Below, piece after piece: positions 57,677 through 64,000 of a DNA stretch of 64,000 bases. The stretch is from an uncultured delta proteobacterium. GTDB taxonomy: Bacteria; Bdellovibrionota; FAC87; UBA2466. The number at the start of each line of letters is the position of its first letter. Within the stretch, counting starts at the first letter, position 1. The stretch covers positions 2,112,001 to 2,176,000 of the forward strand of contig CAVZSV010000004.1 of assembly GCA_963778115.1 (NCBI GenBank). Reading direction: 5' to 3'. Position numbers and translations under genes: made by a program. The notes beneath the pieces were generated by a model that was given only the letters and a program-made list of their open reading frames with translations, made no database searches and was not told the DNA's origin.

Positions 57677-58723
57677 ATGGATCTCGAATTTCCCACGACT
57701 GCAGCGGCTTTGGGGCAATGGTTCGGCGCGTCAATTATCGGGGATCCGTCCGCCTCCGTGCGGGAACTAAGTCCCCTGGAAAACGCCAAAGAGGGATCCC
57801 TCAGCTTTTGCGCTAATAGAAAATTCAGCGACGTCTTAGCCAAGCTAAAAGGGGCGGTCCTTTTTGCATCGCAGGATGTGGTTCAGCCTGAATTGCCCGT
57901 GACTTACCTTATCGTGGGTAACCCTAGGGCCGCGTTCGCCGAAGTTGCGCGAAAATGTTCGGATCCAACGCTATCGCTAAGTGGAATCTCGGAACGTGCG
58001 GTCATCGACCCAACTGCCAAATTAGGCTCTGGAGTTGCGGTGGGTCCGTTTGCCGTTATTGAAGCAGGAGCGGAAGTGGGCGAAGGCTCGATCGTGGGGG
58101 CCTTTTCCTATATCGGACATCAGGTAAAGATAGGTCGTTCCTGTTCGATCTACTCTCGAGTTACCCTTTTGGATCGGATTTTTCTCGGAGATTACGTAAA
58201 GATTTTTCCTGGTTCTGTCATCGGAGGCGACGGTTTTGGAATGGTTCAGCAGGAGGGTTCCTATGCCGAAATCCCACAACTGGGAACCGTAAGAATTGAA
58301 TCCCATGTTCGTATCGGAGCCAATTGCACAATCGATCGTGCGACTTTCGGGGAGACCCTGATCGGCGAAGGCTCAAAGCTGGACGATCAGGTTCATGTTG
58401 GGCACAACTGCAGTGTCGGAAAAAATTGTGTTCTCTGTGCTCAGGTTGGATTGGCCGGATCTGTCGTATTGGAGGACAATGTGGTTTTGGGGGGGCAGGT
58501 AGGGATTGGAGATCATTTGCGCGTAGGAAAGGGAGCTCGGATGGGCGGTCAAAGCGGCGCGATACGTGATGTGGAAGGTGGCAAGGATTATTTCTTAACT
58601 CCTTGCTTTCCTATGGCGCACAGCATGCGGATTATTTCCTCCTTAGAAGACCTACCCTCTCTCGCCAAGCGGTTAAAACGTCTCGAATCGCGACTGGAGA
58701 CCAGTCTTAAGAATGAAAAATAA
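57677..58723 (+). CDS. lpxD: UDP-3-O-acylglucosamine N-acyltransferase
   Basis: Hexapeptide repeats; IGGDGFG, IPQLG, IGANCTIDR, KLDDQVHVGHN, GGQVG. Confidence 0.95.
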   Translation: MDLEFPTTAAALGQWFGASIIGDPSASVRELSPLENAKEGSLSFCANRKFSDVLAKLKGAVLFASQDVVQPELPVTYLIVGNPRAAFAEVARKCSDPTLSLSGISERAVIDPTAKLGSGVAVGPFAVIEAGAEVGEGSIVGAFSYIGHQVKIGRSCSIYSRVTLLDRIFLGDYVKIFPGSVIGGDGFGMVQQEGSYAEIPQLGTVRIESHVRIGANCTIDRATFGETLIGEGSKLDDQVHVGHNCSVGKNCVLCAQVGLAGSVVLEDNVVLGGQVGIGDHLRVGKGARMGGQSGAIRDVEGGKDYFLTPCFPMAHSMRIISSLEDLPSLAKRLKRLESRLETSLKNEK

Positions 58724-59519
58724 CGAGGAAACCACCGTGCCCATTCACCCTACCGCAGTCATTCACCCTAAAGCAGTCATCGGCGAGGGGACTTCGATAG
58801 GGGCTTTCTCTTTTGTAGGTGAGAGCGTCGTTATTGGAAAAAACTGCGACATCCAAGAACACGTCATCCTTAAAGGAAACACGACACTCGGTGATGAAAG
58901 CCGCGTCTTTCCTCATGCCGTAGTAGGCGGCGAGCCCCAGCATCTAGGCTATAAGAACGAGCCGACCCAACTCGTGATAGGAAATAGAGTGACGCTGCGA
59001 GAATGCGTCACGGTCCACAGGGGAACCGGAGAAGCCGCGGGAGGGCACGGAATAACCCGCATTGGTGATGATAGTTTTATCATGGCCTATTCTCATGTTG
59101 CTCATGACTGTGTAGTGGGAAACAACGTTATTCTCGCCAACTGCGTTCAAATGGCGGGACACTCCGAAGTTCAAGATTATGCCGTGGTCGGGGGCAACAC
59201 GGGCATTGTTCAATTCTGCCGAGTCGGACGCTACGCTTATATCGGTGGTGGCTCCATGATTCGAAAGGATCTGCTCCCCTTCATGGCGGGAAAGGGAAAC
59301 GTTTTTGAAGTGCAAGGTATCAACGTCGTGGGGCTTACTCGCCGGGGTTTTAATGCCGCGACTTTGGGAAGACTAAAGCAGCTTTACAAAATAATTTTTC
59401 ATCAACACCTCACCTTTGATCGCGCTGTTCAAAAAATGAGTCAGGAATTTCCCGATTGCGATGAGACAAAAGTATTCTGTGATTTTATTCAAACCTCAAA
59501 AGCAGGTCTCATTCGCTGA
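58713..59519 (+). CDS. lpxA: UDP-N-acetylglucosamine acyltransferase
   Basis: IHPTAVI, GGEPQ, RECVTVHRGT, MAYSHVAHDC, GINVVGLTRRGF. Confidence 0.95.
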   Translation: MKNNEETTVPIHPTAVIHPKAVIGEGTSIGAFSFVGESVVIGKNCDIQEHVILKGNTTLGDESRVFPHAVVGGEPQHLGYKNEPTQLVIGNRVTLRECVTVHRGTGEAAGGHGITRIGDDSFIMAYSHVAHDCVVGNNVILANCVQMAGHSEVQDYAVVGGNTGIVQFCRVGRYAYIGGGSMIRKDLLPFMAGKGNVFEVQGINVVGLTRRGFNAATLGRLKQLYKIIFHQHLTFDRAVQKMSQEFPDCDETKVFCDFIQTSKAGLIR

Positions 59520-60523
59520 TGCAAGCCGCTGAAAAAATTCGAGTCGGGGTTATCGGCGCCGGAAAGATGGGGGAACTTCACGTGCGAAAGTACTTGGAGT
59601 TGGCCAATGTCGACTTCGTGGGGCTCTACGATCCGGACGGTTTACGCGCTAAAGGGCTTACCGAAAAATACGGCGTGCAGTCGCATTCTTCCTTAGCGGA
59701 GCTTCTATTTGAAATAGATGCCGTAAGTGTGGCGTCTCCCACCGAAACACACTTTGCCGTAGCTAAGCAATGTTTTGAGTCTGGAGTGCACGTTCTGCTG
59801 GAAAAACCTATCTCTCGAACCGCCGAAGAGGGGGAGACTCTAGTTGCCCTGTCGCGATCCCAGGATTTAATCTTTCAAGTGGGTTTTCTCGAGCGCTTCC
59901 GATACCAAACGCTAACGAGAAACCTTCCCTATTCGCCGATTCGCTTTATCGAGAGCGATCGCCTATCTCTAAGTGTAGGTCGCGAGGTTAATATCGATGT
60001 GGTTTCGGATCTCATGATACACGATTTGGATCTGGCACTTTCTTTGGTGGCAGAAGATCCGATTTCCATTTCGGCACTGGGAGTTCCCGTAGTGACTCCT
60101 CTCATTGATCTGGCCAATGCTAGGCTTGAGTTTGGAAGTGGCGCGGTCGTGAATTTAAACGCCAGCCGAGTTTCGGAGAAACCAACCCGAAAATTTAGAG
60201 TGTTCACCCAAGATTACTATGTGTCCGTGGATCTGATCCAAAACCGGGCCGAACTCTTTCGTAGGGGCTCAAACTCTTTGATCCATCGCGCGGCATTCGA
60301 AGAGGGCGATTTGGACGCTTTACGGTTACAATGCGAAGATTTCGTATGTTGTGTGCGGCAAAAAAAAAGCCCTCTGGTGAGTGGAAGTGATGGCGTCAGA
60401 GCGCTAAGGATCGCCAAGCGCATTCGCGAAGCGATAGATGAGCGCAATATTTTACATTCTTCTGCCCCTAGGAAGAAAGTATCGGGGCAGTCGGTGGGAC
60501 AAGAAAAACTGATAGGACATTAG
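59519..60523 (+). CDS. Gfo/Idh/MocA oxidoreductase, GnnA-like by position
   Basis: GVIGAGKMG, EKP, VGFLERF, DVVSDLMIHDLD, ANARL, ASRVS; lies between lpxA and lpxB. Confidence 0.8.
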   Translation: MQAAEKIRVGVIGAGKMGELHVRKYLELANVDFVGLYDPDGLRAKGLTEKYGVQSHSSLAELLFEIDAVSVASPTETHFAVAKQCFESGVHVLLEKPISRTAEEGETLVALSRSQDLIFQVGFLERFRYQTLTRNLPYSPIRFIESDRLSLSVGREVNIDVVSDLMIHDLDLALSLVAEDPISISALGVPVVTPLIDLANARLEFGSGAVVNLNASRVSEKPTRKFRVFTQDYYVSVDLIQNRAELFRRGSNSLIHRAAFEEGDLDALRLQCEDFVCCVRQKKSPLVSGSDGVRALRIAKRIREAIDERNILHSSAPRKKVSGQSVGQEKLIGH

Positions 60524-60553
60524 ATTTAAGAACTCAGTGTGATGTGAGTTGCG

Positions 60554-61750
60554 ATGACGAATAGTAGCGGAATGAAGATTAAGGTGATGATGGTTGCTGG
60601 CGAGGCTTCGGCCGATATCCATGCGGCTGCCCTGATGAGAGAGCTCAAATCTATCTATGGTAATCTCTTCGTATTCGGAGCCGGTGGCAAAGGCCTTCGC
60701 GAGCAAGGCGCTAGGATTGACGTAACGGCGGAAAGTCTTAGTATCGTCGGAATTACAGGATGGTGGGACAAGTTGGGAGGCGCGCTTAGGTCTTTTCGTC
60801 TGTTGGTTAACTTAGCCAAGAAAGAGAAACCAGATGCTGCCATTCTTCTTGATCTCCCCGATTTTAATTTAATGCTAGCCCGACGTTTGAAACGTTTAGG
60901 TGTTCCGGTCATTTACTATATTTCTCCGCAAGTGTGGGCGTGGCGTCGATATCGCATCCGCAAGATAAAAAAAAACGTAGATAAAATGCTGGTCCTTTTC
61001 CCCTTCGAAAAGGAATTTTACGATCGCTACGGTGTCTCAAGTGAGTTTGTGGGACACCCACTTGTGGAACAAATTAAGCCCCGAGATTTCCCACGATGCT
61101 CCTCAGAAGTGCGCCAAGCACCGCGAATTGCGTTGCTTCCCGGCAGCAGGACCAATGAAATAGAGCACCACGGCGCTATTCTCAAAGAGGTGGTGAAGTT
61201 AATGCGTAAAGAATTTCCCTTGGCTGAATTCCGGGTTCCCGTTGCCCCCACATTGGAAAAGGCGTTTGTGGAGTCGTATCTTTCTGAAGAGGCGACCTCT
61301 TTCTGCGAAGCTAGCGCACAAGAGACGTTGAGGTGGGCAGATATCGCAGTCGTGGCTTCAGGAACGGCGACCCTTGAGACAGCTCTTGTGGGAACTCCTT
61401 TTTGCCTTTTCTATCGAGTGAATGCGATCAATGCCTGGATTTGGCGTGCGTTGGCAAAGTACAAAGGGTTTATTGGGATGCCCAATCTACTGTTGGGTCG
61501 ACAAGTAGTGAAAGAATTCTTTCAGGAATTAGCCCAGCCTTCCTTGATAGCCACGGAGTGTATCCGACTCCTTAACGATTCCGATTATCGGGCGAGTGTC
61601 ATTTTGAGTCTGAAAGAGTGCCGAATGGGGTTGGGATCGGAAGGGGCAAGTAGGCACGCGGCAGAGAGTGTGAAGAAGTTTCTAGAGACGAGCCAAAGAT
61701 CGCGGGGGATACAGGGAGGACTAGTTGAACGCACGCTCCAACCCGCGTGA
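60554..61750 (+). CDS. lpxB: Lipid A disaccharide synthase
   Basis: AGEASAD, DLPDFN, YISPQVWAWR, LFPFE, VGHPL, LLPGSR, SGTATLE, MPNLL. Confidence 0.95.
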   Translation: MTNSSGMKIKVMMVAGEASADIHAAALMRELKSIYGNLFVFGAGGKGLREQGARIDVTAESLSIVGITGWWDKLGGALRSFRLLVNLAKKEKPDAAILLDLPDFNLMLARRLKRLGVPVIYYISPQVWAWRRYRIRKIKKNVDKMLVLFPFEKEFYDRYGVSSEFVGHPLVEQIKPRDFPRCSSEVRQAPRIALLPGSRTNEIEHHGAILKEVVKLMRKEFPLAEFRVPVAPTLEKAFVESYLSEEATSFCEASAQETLRWADIAVVASGTATLETALVGTPFCLFYRVNAINAWIWRALAKYKGFIGMPNLLLGRQVVKEFFQELAQPSLIATECIRLLNDSDYRASVILSLKECRMGLGSEGASRHAAESVKKFLETSQRSRGIQGGLVERTLQPA

Positions 61751-62738
61751 TTGGTTTTGGATATTATTACTGCCCTTAAGTTGGCTTTGGGCGATGATTA
61801 CCTCATTCAGACGCTCTTACTTTTTTGGTCGGCCCAAATATCGCGCTAAGGTGAAAATTCTTTCTATCGGAAATCTCCATAGTGGGGGGACCGGCAAGAC
61901 CCCCCTGGTGTTGGAGTGTGCGGACCACCTGCGTCGCCTTAATCCAGTCATCCTTTCTCGAGGGTACCGGGGTTTACTCTCATCTTGCGGTGGCAGAGTT
62001 TCTCTGTCCTCAGAAAACGGAGCAGACCATTTTGGCGATGAACCCTGGATGATGGCGAATCGAGGGCAGAGTCCGGTCTATGTGGGTGCCGATCGCGTGC
62101 GTCTGGTGAAGTGGATAGAGCAAGACCTCCCAACGTCCAGACTCGTCATTTTAGATGACGGGTTTCAACATCTAAGAATCGCTAGGGACGTCGACATCAT
62201 TGTCCTTCGGGCGGAAGAGAAAATTGAAAATTCTTTCTGCCTTCCGTTGGGGGATCTGCGAGAGCCGCTTTCCGCAATCCAATTTGCCCACGCCGTTGTC
62301 ATCGTCCATGGAGAGGCGGACCGCGAAGGGGATAGTTGGGTGCAATGGTTAAAGCGCTTGTATCCGAGCGTTCCCTATTTTTTTGCTCGAAGGAAGGGGG
62401 TTAAACTCCATGGAACCAAAGGCATCCCGCCCGAGGGAGAACGGCTTCTCGGATTTTGCGGGATTGCTGGTCCTCATCGTTTTGAAGATCAGCTTAAATC
62501 CATTCCGGGGGCGGCCTTTCTTCGCGGTTTTCCCGATCACCATTCCTATAGTACCCAAGACATCGATGCCCTTTGCCAGGCTGCGGCGTCTGCGGGGGCC
62601 CATTTAGTAACAACGGAAAAAGATTATTTTAAACTGGAAAAGGTCTTCTTATCGAGGAACCAGAGCCTATTTGCATTGCGGATTGGATATGAAATATCCG
62701 AAGAGTTCTGGTACCTTCTGAAAGAACTTTTGGAGTGA
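61725..62738 (+). CDS. lpxK: Tetraacyldisaccharide 4'-kinase
   Basis: SIGNLHSGGTGKTP, LSRGY, GDEP, LDDGFQH, LRE, FPDHH, TTEKD. Confidence 0.95.
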   Translation: MNARSNPRDWFWILLLPLSWLWAMITSFRRSYFFGRPKYRAKVKILSIGNLHSGGTGKTPLVLECADHLRRLNPVILSRGYRGLLSSCGGRVSLSSENGADHFGDEPWMMANRGQSPVYVGADRVRLVKWIEQDLPTSRLVILDDGFQHLRIARDVDIIVLRAEEKIENSFCLPLGDLREPLSAIQFAHAVVIVHGEADREGDSWVQWLKRLYPSVPYFFARRKGVKLHGTKGIPPEGERLLGFCGIAGPHRFEDQLKSIPGAAFLRGFPDHHSYSTQDIDALCQAAASAGAHLVTTEKDYFKLEKVFLSRNQSLFALRIGYEISEEFWYLLKELLE

Positions 62739-64000
62739 ACTTGCTACGGCTGGGACTCACAATCCTCTCTCTTCTTTTGAACCTTCTGCCGCGGAACGTG
62801 GTCGGAGGCCTTGGTGAGTTTCTCGGGCTTTTTTGGTTCTATATCGTTCCTTTCCGACGCTCGGTAGTTATTCAAAACCTAGAGCTGGCTTACGGCGATA
62901 GCTTATCTAAAAAAAAGATACGCGACCTTGCTCGCAAGAATTTCCGCCACTATGGCCGATGCATTGTCGAGGTCATTACTTCCATCTCTTGGAAACGCGA
63001 AGACTTTCGCGAAAAGGTTGTCTCCCACGGGATGGAAAATATCCGGGCGTATTATGAAAAGGGAATCGGCGGATTCATCCTGACCTGCCATTTGGGAAAT
63101 TGGGAACTTCTTACTGGTTCTGGTGCCGCTAAAGGTATTCCGGCCGACGTTGTCGTAAAAAGAGTGCAAAACCCTCATTTTGAAGGGTTACTACAATGGT
63201 ACCGGCGCCGCTTGGGGGTACGACTTCTTATCGAAACGGGAACCGCAAAAGATATCTTAAAGGCTATTTCGAAGGGCCGCTTTGTCGGCTTTGTTCTGGA
63301 CCAGTTTATGGGCCCTCCGATAGGCCTCCCGGTAAATTTCATGGGTCGATTGGCCGGAACTACAGTTAGTCTCGCTTTATTAACGGAAAAGCGAGATATT
63401 CCGATAGTCCCTGTTTATTCCTTTCGCGACTCAGATGGAAATCTTCATATGGTAGTGGAACCCGCTTTGAAATGGCCCCGCTTATCCGAAGACAAAGAGC
63501 AGCGCCTATTTGAAAAGACGCAATTCTTAAACGATGTCATCGAAAAAATGGTGCGCCGCCATCCCGAACAATGGCTATGGCTCCATCGACGCTGGAAAGA
63601 CTATAAGGGCGAACCGCGTTGGAAACCAAAACAGGTGCTAAGCTATGCGGCTCTTCTGCTGATGCTAGCCGGATTCACCGGGGGATGTACCTCTTCTCCC
63701 ACGACCAGTACGGGAGCTTCTCCCACGACAGGGATAGCGATACCGGCCGATCCTAAAGTGAACGTTCCCAAATTTAGTGGTGACACAGAAGAAAATCTGG
63801 ATGAGGAAGCGATCCCCAAGCCATCTGAAGTAGCGAAACCGATTAACAAGGATGAGAGGGACGTTTCTAAATCGAAAAAGCGACAGGGAACCAAAAAGAA
63901 AAGAGGCCATGTGGATCCGATCGTCGAGACTGCTCCTCCCTCCAAATCCCCCGAGACCGCTTTCGATGTGGTCCCTGCTTCCCGCGTCCCGTTTTCGGTC
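62735..64000 (+). CDS. lpxL: Lipid A late acyltransferase (LpxL/HtrB family) fused in frame to a lipoprotein-like C-terminal region; runs off the window and is absent from the ORF track
   Basis: Hand translation from GTG 62735/TTG 62741: RRSVVIQNLELAY, TCHLGNWE, LDQ, VNFMG, HPEQWLWLHRRWK; no stop codon to 64000. Confidence 0.88.
   Translation, partial: MNLLRLGLTILSLLLNLLPRNVVGGLGEFLGLFWFYIVPFRRSVVIQNLELAYGDSLSKKKIRDLARKNFRHYGRCIVEVITSISWKREDFREKVVSHGMENIRAYYEKGIGGFILTCHLGNWELLTGSGAAKGIPADVVVKRVQNPHFEGLLQWYRRRLGVRLLIETGTAKDILKAISKGRFVGFVLDQFMGPPIGLPVNFMGRLAGTTVSLALLTEKRDIPIVPVYSFRDSDGNLHMVVEPALKWPRLSEDKEQRLFEKTQFLNDVIEKMVRRHPEQWLWLHRRWKDYKGEPRWKPKQVLSYAALLLMLAGFTGGCTSSPTTSTGASPTTGIAIPADPKVNVPKFSGDTEENLDEEAIPKPSEVAKPINKDERDVSKSKKRQGTKKKRGHVDPIVETAPPSKSPETAFDVVPASRVPFSV

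Overview
A gene-dense chromosomal segment, mostly core genes, from a Gram-negative bacterium. Gene content and synteny suggest Bdellovibrionota or a related deltaproteobacterial-type lineage (inference). It holds a split dcw block (ftsW-murG-murC-murB plus a patatin and a lytic transglycosylase), a CHASE2 kinase/sigma-54 activator pair, the rpsU-yqeY-mpg-dnaG-rpoD-tRNA-Ile2 cluster, queA/spoIID/amidase, rph-rdgB-tRNA-Phe, glpK, radA, split transketolase, bamD, a GMP-reductase-like gene, groES-groEL, yacG and a lipid A cluster running off the right end. No CRISPR array, integrase, transposase or phage genes were seen. Best leads: (1) a possibly exported 764-aa fusion of a DOT1-like SAM methyltransferase and a DUF2156/LPG-synthase-C-like domain, downstream of tRNA-Phe; (2) an LpxL-type acyltransferase, missing from the ORF track, that reads in frame into an internal lipoprotein signal peptide; (3) two unannotated structured-RNA candidates (19399-19557; 40495-40687, 6S-like); (4) a 1303-aa lipoprotein with 30 Cys; (5) single-base frame anomalies in rph and at the ftsW/murG junction; (6) several sigma-54 promoters and leaderless-type promoters. 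All calls are by-eye motif recognition; no searches or folding programs were run.
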